Below are positions 35,784-44,318 of a stretch of DNA of 64,000 nucleotides, piece by piece (position 1 is the first letter of the stretch; every line of letters starts with the position of its first letter). The DNA comes from Patescibacteria group bacterium. GTDB taxonomy: Bacteria > Patescibacteriota > Microgenomatia > UBA1400 > MFAQ01. Below the pieces are notes generated by a model. It was not told the DNA's origin, did not search any database, and was given only the letters and a program-made list of their open reading frames with translations. The DNA is taken from positions 8,590-72,589 of the forward strand of contig CALRDV010000003.1 in assembly GCA_943355005.1 (NCBI GenBank), in the 5' to 3' direction. Made by a program: the position numbers and the translations under genes.

Positions 35784-37346
35784 GTGAAAATCGAAGAATT
35801 AGTACGAAGAGACGCGGAAAAAGTCACTCCTGAGAATTTGGAGGAGTATCGCCGCGCCTGGGCAAAGGTAATTGGCCGGATGCCGAAGAACTCAGAAATT
35901 TGGCCCTTTATTGACGATGATGAGATAAAAGAGCTTTACAAGACCCGCAGTGTACGGACTGAGTCCGGGGTAGCTCCGTTTGCGGTCATGATGAAACCTC
36001 ATTATTGTCCCGGCAACTGTGTTTACTGTCCACTGGAAGAAGGAATGCCGAAATCTTATTTATCGGATGAGCCGGCGGCTCAGAGAGCCAAGAAATTGAA
36101 GTTTGATCCGTATTTGCAAGTAGAGATGAGAATTAAACAGATGGAAGAGACTGGGCACATCACTGACAAAATAGATTTGATAGTGATTGGGGGAACTTTT
36201 TCTGCTTATCCGGATGATTACAAGCTGGAATTTTTTAAGGGTATGTTTGATGGGGTAAATGGATTTGTTTCCGATACTTTGGAAGAAGCCCAAAAATATA
36301 ATGAGACGGGGAAAAGAAGAATCGTGGGAATTTCGGTAGAAACAAGACCTGACTGGGTGACAGAACAGGAGATAATTTTATGGCGAAAAATGGGTGTGAC
36401 CAAGGTACAGCTCGGAGTCCAAGCATTCGATGAAGAAATTTTGAAGAAAATTAATAGGGGACATAGTCTGGATGAAGTGGCCGAAGCGACCAGGATGTGT
36501 AGAAATGCGGGGGTGAAGATTTGCTATCACTTCATGCCAAACTTGCCGGGGAGCACACCGGAAAAAGATATTGAGATGGCGAAAATAATGTTTAATGATC
36601 CTAGATTTGAGCCTGATTATCTCAAAGTTTATCCGGCGATGGTAATTCCGACGACTGAGCTGCATAAGATGTGGGAAAGAGGCGAGTATCAGAGCTATGC
36701 CGATGAGGATTTGAAAAGAGTATTGAAAGAAGTAAAAAGATTGACCCCGCGATGGTGCCGGATAGATAGATTGGTCCGTGATATCAGTAAACAGTGGGTG
36801 AGTTCGGGAACCCTGAGAACCAACTTAAGACAAATTCTACAGGCCGAATTAAAGAAAGAGGGTAAAAAATGTCTGTGTATCCGGTGCAGAGAAGTCCGAG
36901 CGGGTGTCTATGATGCTGAAGTAAAACTACTGATAGATGAGAGAGAAACTTTGGGGGGACAAGAGCTTTTCTTGTCTTTTGAAAGTGAAGACAATTTATT
37001 TTCGATGTTGCGACTGCGACTTCCGGAGAAAGATGAAAAGATGCTATTTAAGGAGCTTGAGGGGGCAGCGATAGTGCGGGAAGTACATACGTATGGTCAA
37101 GTAAAAGGAATTACTGCTATGGATTCCGGGTCGGAGCCCGGAATGACAGACCTTCAAGGAGACTCCTTGAAGGGGGAAGAAAGTCAACATAGGGGACTAG
37201 GGAAGAGACTTTTGGTAAAGGCTGAAGAGATCGCCAAAGACAGAGGCTATAAAAAAATGGCGGTAATATCGGCAATAGGCACGAGAGAGTACTACAAGAA
37301 GCTGGGATACGAGCTGGAGGGGGAGTATGTGGTGAAGATGTTGTAG
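35784..37346 (+). CDS. Elp3-family radical SAM plus GNAT protein (putative tRNA uridine-34 modification enzyme)
   Basis: 520 aa with the radical-SAM cysteine triad 'CPGNCVYCP' and a C-terminal GNAT 'RGLGKRLLVKAEEIAKDRGYKKMAVISAIGTREYYKKLGY'. Confidence 0.7.
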   Translation: MKIEELVRRDAEKVTPENLEEYRRAWAKVIGRMPKNSEIWPFIDDDEIKELYKTRSVRTESGVAPFAVMMKPHYCPGNCVYCPLEEGMPKSYLSDEPAAQRAKKLKFDPYLQVEMRIKQMEETGHITDKIDLIVIGGTFSAYPDDYKLEFFKGMFDGVNGFVSDTLEEAQKYNETGKRRIVGISVETRPDWVTEQEIILWRKMGVTKVQLGVQAFDEEILKKINRGHSLDEVAEATRMCRNAGVKICYHFMPNLPGSTPEKDIEMAKIMFNDPRFEPDYLKVYPAMVIPTTELHKMWERGEYQSYADEDLKRVLKEVKRLTPRWCRIDRLVRDISKQWVSSGTLRTNLRQILQAELKKEGKKCLCIRCREVRAGVYDAEVKLLIDERETLGGQELFLSFESEDNLFSMLRLRLPEKDEKMLFKELEGAAIVREVHTYGQVKGITAMDSGSEPGMTDLQGDSLKGEESQHRGLGKRLLVKAEEIAKDRGYKKMAVISAIGTREYYKKLGYELEGEYVVKML

Positions 37347-37392
37347 AATGTGGAAGTAGATTTGTAAATTTACATGTCAAAGAGGAGGTAGA

Positions 37393-37716
37393 ATGGGATT
37401 CACTTTTACTGATTCGGAATTGCACAAGTTAGCACAGAAGCCCTTTAGCTTTGAAAATTGGAATGCGTTTGAAGAGGCTTTCTCAAAGCACTCTGAATTT
37501 CCTGTCTGTTATAAATTGGCAATATTTGAACCTGGAACTGTGTATATATTGTCTGCTCCGCTGAAAATGATGTTGGATTTGCTCAATCGTGGTCTCGAGG
37601 GAGACGCTTTAGCAATTGAAAGAGTACTAAATCTTGTGAAAGCTGCGGCGAGCAGGCGTGGAATGGTTTCGATTTACGAATTTATCGAGGCTTTCCCGGG
37701 TTCGATTTTGGCTTAG
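37393..37716 (+). CDS. hypothetical protein
   Basis: 107 aa. Followed by a terminator at 37727..37762. Confidence 0.35.
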   Translation: MGFTFTDSELHKLAQKPFSFENWNAFEEAFSKHSEFPVCYKLAIFEPGTVYILSAPLKMMLDLLNRGLEGDALAIERVLNLVKAAASRRGMVSIYEFIEAFPGSILA

Positions 37717-37841
37717 TTTGTTTGCCAGGTGATATGCCTGGCTTTTTTGTGCCTAGAAGTGGTAATTTAGGTTGACATATAACCTATATTATGATATTAT
37801 TCGAAATAATACGTTGATAATTTAATAATGACTAGGAGGGC

Positions 37842-38261
37842 ATGATGCCTTACGATCCCAAGATAGTGGAAGAAGTAAAGCGATTATTCCCGAATTGCTT
37901 TATCTGTGGAATTCCGTTTGAAGACAATGAATTTTCAGCTGTGCATTCGGGCACCGGGTACCATTTTGTATTAGTGCCGTCAGATGATCCTGGCGAAAAA
38001 TATCGGTATAAAACTACCTGCCCGCCTGATGGTCATCCGGAAATGATGGGAGTAACTTTTGCAATTGGAGAGTTTAAGCAATTTGGTTTTCGGTATTTTG
38101 CCGACGCTGTCAGAGTTCATCATCATTGTCATAAAAGAATACACGCGTTGGCACTTCAGCTTTGTAAGGAGAACATACCCGGCTTTAAAGGAAATGGAGT
38201 AACTGCTCATTTGCTGGCAGAGGCAACATTTAACTTCAAGTTCTATCGCAAAGTTAAATAG
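37842..38261 (+). CDS. hypothetical Cys/His-cluster protein (possible HNH-like metal site)
   Basis: 139 aa with 'CFICG...HSGTGYHF...VHHHCHKRIH'. The assignment is weak. Confidence 0.35.
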   Translation: MMPYDPKIVEEVKRLFPNCFICGIPFEDNEFSAVHSGTGYHFVLVPSDDPGEKYRYKTTCPPDGHPEMMGVTFAIGEFKQFGFRYFADAVRVHHHCHKRIHALALQLCKENIPGFKGNGVTAHLLAEATFNFKFYRKVK

Positions 38262-38348
38262 TTTTATATACCGGGGGTATTACGCCTCCGGTTTTTTTGT
38301 GGGGTAAAATACTTACAAAGCACGTTTATACTTAGAAGGAGTTGAGAA

Positions 38349-38747
38349 ATGTTACAAAATATCTTTATTTATTTCAGAAATGCATTTCTGCTGGTATTTG
38401 TCTTGGGAGTTCTGATATCAATTTCTAATAATTTCTACACCCCTCCGTATTTCTTGGCAACTATTGTTCCCGTCTTTACTCTTTTTCTTCTGTACCTTCT
38501 TTTGGTTGCAGCTTCAGGTTTAGTTCTGAGTGTTGTTGTCGAAAATTGGAGTGAAATTGAGTTTGATTCTATATTGATGTTTTTGGTGATTTTAATTTTG
38601 AGCTGGTTGATAGGGATCATATTCCTTTCCATAATGGCATTTTTCCATTTGGTAGCACCAAATTTGGTATTTCCGGCATCCGTGGTAGTTACCTTGGTGT
38701 TTGTAGGAGTCTTATCCTTGTTGCCGTTAGAAAGGTTTTTGATTTAG
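38349..38747 (+). CDS. hypothetical membrane protein
   Basis: 132 aa with 4 TM segments. Confidence 0.45.
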   Translation: MLQNIFIYFRNAFLLVFVLGVLISISNNFYTPPYFLATIVPVFTLFLLYLLLVAASGLVLSVVVENWSEIEFDSILMFLVILILSWLIGIIFLSIMAFFHLVAPNLVFPASVVVTLVFVGVLSLLPLERFLI

Positions 38748-38786
38748 TGCTCATGCCGGGGGTTTTGACCTCCGGTTTTTTGTGGT

Positions 38787-39434
38787 TTGATTTTGTTGTA
38801 TCATCTATATAGTATGAAAAAGAATATATTTGGTGGTGTAATCTCGGCAATTTTGTTCGGCATGGTTTTCTTCTTTCCAAAATCAGCTTCCGCTAATGAA
38901 GGTGTTGTGAATTTACGTGGCACGGGCACTTCTGGCTCTTGTTTTGCAGCTTCAGTTTTTATTGATGGAACATACAAAATTCTTATGACTTGCCGTGAAT
39001 TGAAGATTGCGTTATCTCCCGAGAAGAATAGATATGTTGCTTGGGTAGAGGACGATGGAGGTAAGCAAAAGAGGTTGGGTGAGATTGTAAACGGTAAGCT
39101 TTCTTCGATTACCGATATTAAGTTTGTAAGAATTTTTGTGACCGTAGAGACAGATAACTATGGCAACACACCTTCCGAAGATGTTCTTCTGACCGGTTTT
39201 GCCGAGCCAATTAACTTCGGTGCTGGAGTTGCTTCAGCTCCAATTGTGACTCCTACACCTACCCCAACTAGAGCCGGTGAGACGACTCCGACAATTACGG
39301 GGACTACCACGCAAGGTCAGTCAGGTTTGGGTAGTGCACTTTCTACGATTTTCAAGATTGCTTTACTTGGATTTGGAGTCTTACTACTTGTGGTTGGCGT
39401 GTTTAGTTTTATATCCAGACGCAGAAGCTTGTAA
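38787..39434 (+). CDS. secreted protein with a C-terminal membrane anchor and a Thr/Pro linker
   Basis: 215 aa with a signal peptide, 'TPTPTPTRAGETTPTITGTTTQ', then a TM plus 'RRRSL'. Confidence 0.5.
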   Translation: MILLYHLYSMKKNIFGGVISAILFGMVFFFPKSASANEGVVNLRGTGTSGSCFAASVFIDGTYKILMTCRELKIALSPEKNRYVAWVEDDGGKQKRLGEIVNGKLSSITDIKFVRIFVTVETDNYGNTPSEDVLLTGFAEPINFGAGVASAPIVTPTPTPTRAGETTPTITGTTTQGQSGLGSALSTIFKIALLGFGVLLLVVGVFSFISRRRSL

Positions 39435-39441
39435 AATTAGA

Positions 39442-40773
39442 ATGACACAAGATGTCTTAGAAATGCCCGGGATGGGTTTTGTCCACGAACCAATAAATGA
39501 AAAAGTTACAGTGTTCGATTCAGGAGGATATTTAATCGAAATCCCAAATAATTTTAAAGTAACTAAGATAGAAAATAGAAAATACTTAGTCGAAAACACT
39601 GAAAAGCATAGAGAATTTGATGTAGAGCTATCTCATTCTGATATGTGGATTGCGGGTGAAAATACTCCGGATGATGGCAATCCTGAGGCAGCTAAAATGA
39701 TAAACGAAGCAAGAAGAATCTTTGAGGACACAGTTAGGGATAGGTTGGCCGCCTCTCTGTTTTTAAGAATGAAGAAGTCTATTAAGGCCGCAAGTGAATA
39801 TGACATGGTTCTCGCTACCGATATAAATTTAAGGAATCCGGTTGATGGGATGGAAGATGAAATGGACTCTGAGCTTTGGCTTGATTCGTATGCAGAAGCA
39901 GATGGGTATTTCAAAGTTCTTCAAACAAAGAAAATACCCCTTAAACTGAATCAATACCAAATTGATGGGAAGCAAATCGTTAGTGTTTTTAGTGTAGGGG
40001 AGATAGATCTGGTCCCAGTAGGGATGGCGATTCAAATTATGGAGGAATATCAAGATCTTTTTGGCGTTGCTTTACCCGATCATTTAAAATTGATTAATTT
40101 TTATGATTTTGAAGAAAAATTAAAAATCGAAAGAAAATTGCCTTATTCTTTAGCAAGTTGTGCAAGAGAAATTTTGGGAATTAACGGAGAAGCAAATCAA
40201 AAAAAGGGAATTATCATGTTTGCACCATTAGGTCAAACTTCTGTAGAAAACGGTAAACCTATTTTGAGTAAAACATATTTATATCGAAATATGCGTCATG
40301 AAATGGCACATATTTTGGATATGTGCAGAAAAAATGCTAGCTTAAGTCAAGTTGAGGGTTTTGCGTGTATGTGTGAGTTGAGATTCAATTTTGAAAACGC
40401 AAAAAAATATTTAAGATCCGAAAGGGGGTACACAAATACTGTTACTGAAAATTTGCTTTTAGCTATTTTAAATGATCCAGGTACAGATAAATCAGAGAGT
40501 AAAATTGCGGAGAACTATGGAGTATCGGGAAGTTTTTTTTGCCATTTGTTTGAGAAGTTTGGCTCCGAAAAATTTTTGGATTTTTATGGACTAATTACCG
40601 GTACATTGGCCTTTAATGGCGAAAAACTTATTAATTATGATGATTCTCTTAGAAAGGTTGATTTAGATTTAACCAAAAATAATACGATTGAATCTCTAAA
40701 CTTTGTCTGCAAAGGTACCACCTTTGACTCTCAAAAATTAATTGAAGAGTTCTTGGCCAGGATTAACAATTAA
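39442..40773 (+). CDS. hypothetical protein with an HExxH motif (possible Zn-metallopeptidase)
   Basis: The track ORF starts at 39277, overlapping the previous gene. The first non-overlapping ATG at 39442 ('MTQDVLEMPG') is preferred. The motif is 'MRHEMAHILD'. Confidence 0.4.
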   Translation: MTQDVLEMPGMGFVHEPINEKVTVFDSGGYLIEIPNNFKVTKIENRKYLVENTEKHREFDVELSHSDMWIAGENTPDDGNPEAAKMINEARRIFEDTVRDRLAASLFLRMKKSIKAASEYDMVLATDINLRNPVDGMEDEMDSELWLDSYAEADGYFKVLQTKKIPLKLNQYQIDGKQIVSVFSVGEIDLVPVGMAIQIMEEYQDLFGVALPDHLKLINFYDFEEKLKIERKLPYSLASCAREILGINGEANQKKGIIMFAPLGQTSVENGKPILSKTYLYRNMRHEMAHILDMCRKNASLSQVEGFACMCELRFNFENAKKYLRSERGYTNTVTENLLLAILNDPGTDKSESKIAENYGVSGSFFCHLFEKFGSEKFLDFYGLITGTLAFNGEKLINYDDSLRKVDLDLTKNNTIESLNFVCKGTTFDSQKLIEEFLARINN

Positions 40774-40775
40774 GA

Positions 40776-41462
40776 TTAGGGGATGAGGATGCCTGCTAGG
40801 AAGCGGATGGGTGGGGTAATGATGGACATGATGGGAGCTTCACCGCCAAAGAAGGGGAATATTAAGAATAAGAGAATCAGCATGCCATAGCGATTCATAA
40901 TAGCTTGGAATTCGTAGGCTAAATCTCTGGGAAGGAGGCCGAAAATGATTTTTTGACCATCGAGAGGTCCGACAGGGATGAGATTGAAGATAGCTAGGCC
41001 GATATTCGTCAGGATTAGAGGGGTCAGAAAAACAGCAAACACGTATGGCGTGAATCGAATAAGAATAGAAACGGCGATGGCTAAGAGAAGGTTGCTGATC
41101 GGCCCGGCAATGGAGATGATGGCTGAGTCGCGTCTGGGGTTTTTGAGATTGTAGGGGTCAAAAGGAGTCGGTTTGCCCCAGCCATAGGCAAAACTGCCAC
41201 CGGACAACAAGAGAAGTCCGAGGGGGAGTAGGATGGTACCGACTGGGTCAATGTGGGCAATGGGATTTAGGGTCAGTCTGCCGGCAACTCTCGCGGTGGG
41301 GTCTCCCAGGCGGTCGGCGGCGAAAGCGTGGGCAAATTCATGGATACTGATGGCCACTACCAGGTAGATAACGTTTAATAGAAAGACAAAGAAAAGCATT
41401 GGTTTATTATACATATTTTGAGGTAGGCAAGGTAGGCTCATATGTGGTAAAATTTCAATCAT
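40776..41462 (-). CDS. M50 family (site-2 protease-like) metallopeptidase
   Basis: 228 aa with 'HEFAHAFAADRLGD' and 'LNPIAHIDPVG'. Confidence 0.75.
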   Translation of the reverse strand: MIEILPHMSLPCLPQNMYNKPMLFFVFLLNVIYLVVAISIHEFAHAFAADRLGDPTARVAGRLTLNPIAHIDPVGTILLPLGLLLLSGGSFAYGWGKPTPFDPYNLKNPRRDSAIISIAGPISNLLLAIAVSILIRFTPYVFAVFLTPLILTNIGLAIFNLIPVGPLDGQKIIFGLLPRDLAYEFQAIMNRYGMLILLFLIFPFFGGEAPIMSIITPPIRFLAGILIP

Positions 41463-41685
41463 GGAAAAAGATAAATATGGCTGTGTAATTTGTGGTAAGG
41501 GTATTCAGCATGCCCATTTGGTTAGTTTCTCGAAACGTAAGATCAATCATATCCGCAGACCCAACCTTCACACACATCACTTGGTAATTGATTCTCAAAG
41601 GGTCAAGATTAAGGTTTGTACCACTTGCAAGAGATCTCTTAGGGTAGATGAGCGTGCAGCTCAATCAGCCTCAACGAATGCCTAA
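41461..41685 (+). CDS. rpmB: 50S ribosomal protein L28
   Basis: 74 aa with 'KRKINHIRRPNLHTHHLVIDSQRVKIKVCTTC', which resembles the L28 core. Confidence 0.6.
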   Translation: MEKDKYGCVICGKGIQHAHLVSFSKRKINHIRRPNLHTHHLVIDSQRVKIKVCTTCKRSLRVDERAAQSASTNA

Positions 41686-42334
41686 TCCAGTCGAATGGTC
41701 TAGAAATTGGTCTCCTAAGTTAAGTAATTTTTCTGGTGGAACAAGTTCTGCTGAGTCAAGTCGTGGTGGTAGTGTAGTCATTTCACGGTTTGGTGAATTT
41801 TCTTGTGACATTGGAAGCAGAGATGAGCTTATGGCAACATTCCCGGAAGAAGGACTTATATGTAGCTATACTGAGGATTGTAAATTAGCTTTCGTCTTGA
41901 TTGATTTAGCAATCTATTTTGAGAATTTTAGCGAAAAAGATTTCGATTTTATGGCTAAAAATGGAGCCGAGCTTGCCGGTGTAGTTCAGAGAGTGAGAGA
42001 TCTAAATCAAAATTTATATATGACAGTTTTTCCAGCATTGCAAATTGTAAGGACCGAGCTATGGCAAAAGAAAAAAATCATTAAGTATACTGAGTTTACC
42101 GATGATGCATTTAACGGTAGACTGCGCTTATTGAAGCTGGACGAATTCGAGTTGGCTTTTCGAGTAATTAAAAGTGGAGACGAGATGACGATAGGTTTGG
42201 GAGAAATTGAAGGTAAAAATGCGACTCTAATCCCGATATCGGTCAGTAACAAAGTGGATTATGTGTCGGAAATAACTTCAGGAGATACCCACAGATTTTC
42301 TAACTTAGCGGATAAAATCATACTTAATAGGTAG
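41648..42334 (+). CDS. hypothetical protein
   Basis: 228-aa ORF. Confidence 0.4.
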   Translation: MSVQLNQPQRMPNPVEWSRNWSPKLSNFSGGTSSAESSRGGSVVISRFGEFSCDIGSRDELMATFPEEGLICSYTEDCKLAFVLIDLAIYFENFSEKDFDFMAKNGAELAGVVQRVRDLNQNLYMTVFPALQIVRTELWQKKKIIKYTEFTDDAFNGRLRLLKLDEFELAFRVIKSGDEMTIGLGEIEGKNATLIPISVSNKVDYVSEITSGDTHRFSNLADKIILNR

Positions 42335-42337
42335 CTT

Positions 42338-43228
42338 TTAGATTTTGTGGCCGGAGAGGAATTGTTTCCAGGTAGTTGGGTTCTTGCCGGGGATTTGAAC
42401 GGTGTCGATTATTAACTTATCGGAAACGAGAGAAGTTTTCAAAATTTTTATTTGTATAGCCCCGCCTTGGCGGGGGACAATTGTCGTCCAGGCGCCCGGT
42501 TCCGGATTGAGGGAGCGGATGAGAGCATGAACTTCTTTGGCATCAACTCCCTTAAGGGCGTTAAAAGTTTTCACGGAGGGGACCAGGGCAGAAGCGTGAG
42601 AAATTGTTTTGTGGCTTGGAGTAAAAGTGGCGAGGGATTCGTCTTGAGGCATAGAAGTGTAATTTTGAGCACAGATTTCGGGTAATTTATCTGTCAGAAG
42701 TTCTTCTGCAGCCTGAGTAAGTTTTGTGGTCAATTTTAGGACATCATCATTCATGTCGATAGTGACTTTTGCTTGAGAGATTATATTACCGTGGTCCAGT
42801 TTTTCATCCATTTCCATCAGTGTGACTCCGGTTTCTATGTCCATGTTTTTGATGGCTTCGGAGATACAAAGAGCGCCTCGATATTTGGGAAGTAAAGAAA
42901 AATGAATATTGAAAGTGCCTAGTGCGGGGGATTCGAGCCAAGTCTTGGGAACTATTTTGCCAAAAGAGACGAATAAGAAGATATCGGGTTTGAGGAGTCT
43001 GAGGTGAGCCAGATTGGCTTCATCCAGCTTATTGGGTTTGTAAATTGGTAAGTCGTAGTTACCGGCCATTTCAGAGACAGGGGAAGGAGTTAGGACTTGT
43101 TTGCGGCCTTGAGGTTTGTCCGGGGTGGTGACTACGCCAACCACATTTACCAATTTGGATTGTATGATTTTTTCCAGAATTTGGGCTGAGAAGTCGGGTG
43201 AGCCGAAGTAAATAAGATTTTTGAGCAT
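42338..43228 (-). CDS. fmt: methionyl-tRNA formyltransferase
   Basis: 296 aa with 'LIYFGSPDFSAQILEKII...VVGVVTTPDKPQGRK'. Confidence 0.8.
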   Translation of the reverse strand: MLKNLIYFGSPDFSAQILEKIIQSKLVNVVGVVTTPDKPQGRKQVLTPSPVSEMAGNYDLPIYKPNKLDEANLAHLRLLKPDIFLFVSFGKIVPKTWLESPALGTFNIHFSLLPKYRGALCISEAIKNMDIETGVTLMEMDEKLDHGNIISQAKVTIDMNDDVLKLTTKLTQAAEELLTDKLPEICAQNYTSMPQDESLATFTPSHKTISHASALVPSVKTFNALKGVDAKEVHALIRSLNPEPGAWTTIVPRQGGAIQIKILKTSLVSDKLIIDTVQIPGKNPTTWKQFLSGHKI

Positions 43229-43248
43229 GGATATATTATATTTCGGAT

Positions 43249-43275
43249 GGATTCCCGATCAGGTCGGGAATGACA
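43249..43275. repeat. REP/MITE-like palindromic element, subtype 1 (GGATTCCCGA-TCAGG-TCGGGAATGACA)
   Basis: 8-bp inverted repeat ATTCCCGA/TCGGGAAT in the fmt-def intergenic region. Other copies: 29999..30024 (variant), 45129..45156 (inside a CDS), 47780..47806, 50523..50548 and 63619..63675 (expanded loop). Confidence 0.6.
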
Positions 43276-43286
43276 TTTGTGTGTGT

Positions 43287-43823
43287 TTATATTTGGTCTA
43301 TGGGGGTGAGGCCGTCTTTGGTGTCTTTGAGAATTTGGCCTCCCTGTCTGAGAATGTGGTCGGTGAACAAGATTCCGTCCAAATGATCGTTCTCGTGCTG
43401 GACATAGGCAGACTCGGCGTCTTCGAATTTGCGATGACGTTTGACTAGTTCGCCGTTTTCAGGGGTGAGGTAATCCATCTCAATAGAGTAGGGTCTATCG
43501 ACGACGCCCCAGATACCAGGGAGAGATAAACAGCCTTCAAGCCAGCGGTCCTTTTTCTTGGTGTGAACTGTCGAGAACATCGCCTCGGATGCCTTTGTGA
43601 TGACTGGGTTGATAAAGATTTCCGGCTTACCATTAAGTAAGACGATAAAGAGACGGCGGTCTATGCCTACCTGGGTGGCTGCTAGGCCTACACCTTCAGG
43701 GTCTCTGGAAGCTTTGAGAGTCGAAATCATTTCACTAATCTGCTTTTCCAGCTTTTTGTCGAGCTTGAGCACAGGCTTAGCCACAAGGCGGAGGAATGGG
43801 TCGTGCGTAACGAGGATTTTCAT
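43287..43823 (-). CDS. def: peptide deformylase
   Basis: 178 aa with 'GVGLAATQVG', 'EGCLSLPG' and 'HENDHLDG'. Confidence 0.85.
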   Translation of the reverse strand: MKILVTHDPFLRLVAKPVLKLDKKLEKQISEMISTLKASRDPEGVGLAATQVGIDRRLFIVLLNGKPEIFINPVITKASEAMFSTVHTKKKDRWLEGCLSLPGIWGVVDRPYSIEMDYLTPENGELVKRHRKFEDAESAYVQHENDHLDGILFTDHILRQGGQILKDTKDGLTPIDQI

Positions 43824-43896
43824 AAAGTCTATTTTACCATATGTAATTGACTTATAGTAATGCGTGTTTTATAATTTGAGTTGAACGTAAATTTAA

Positions 43897-44280
43897 ATGA
43901 GAAAGGTTGGTATCCAAATGCTAAGAGGATTTGTGCTCTACATGTACTACGCTCTTTCCTTAATTGGGGCGTTGTTGGTGAGTAGTTTTGCTGATGCCAC
44001 TAAACTGTACCCTTGGATGTTTTTGGCGGGTTTGGTTTGGCAAATATTGCCTGAAGTTCCGGTGATACTTAAGTTGGGGCGGTGGGTTACTTGGGATGAC
44101 AAATTTGTTTTGCAGGGGGCGGTTTTACTTAATCTGGTCACTTACTCCACAATTGGGGTTCTGTTTTACGTCTTGAAGATGTGGCCCGAACCTCTCGCGT
44201 CCCTGGGAATCTTGATTCCTTTTTTGTTTTGCTTTCAGGGAGCGTTCCGAAAAAGCTTTTTGGTTCCATATGTAGATTGA
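43897..44280 (+). CDS. hypothetical membrane protein
   Basis: 127 aa with 4 TM segments. Confidence 0.4.
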   Translation: MRKVGIQMLRGFVLYMYYALSLIGALLVSSFADATKLYPWMFLAGLVWQILPEVPVILKLGRWVTWDDKFVLQGAVLLNLVTYSTIGVLFYVLKMWPEPLASLGILIPFLFCFQGAFRKSFLVPYVD

Positions 44281-44318
44281 TACTTCCCACCTTAAAGGTG
44301 GGAAATTTTTTGCAAAAA

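Noticed and set aside
38270-38790. Repeated motif ccggggg-(N6-7)-cctccggtttttt at 38270 and 38751
   Set aside because: Both are ordinary intrinsic terminators after consecutive genes. The similarity is short and is not counted as a repeat family.
39277-39441. Upstream extension of the HExxH-protein ORF
   Set aside because: It would overlap the preceding same-strand gene by about 158 nt in another frame, and the extension has no recognisable content.
43221-43448. Track ORF on the plus strand spanning the fmt-def intergenic region
   Set aside because: It overlaps the well-supported def gene on the opposite strand and contains the REP-like element. It is judged spurious.
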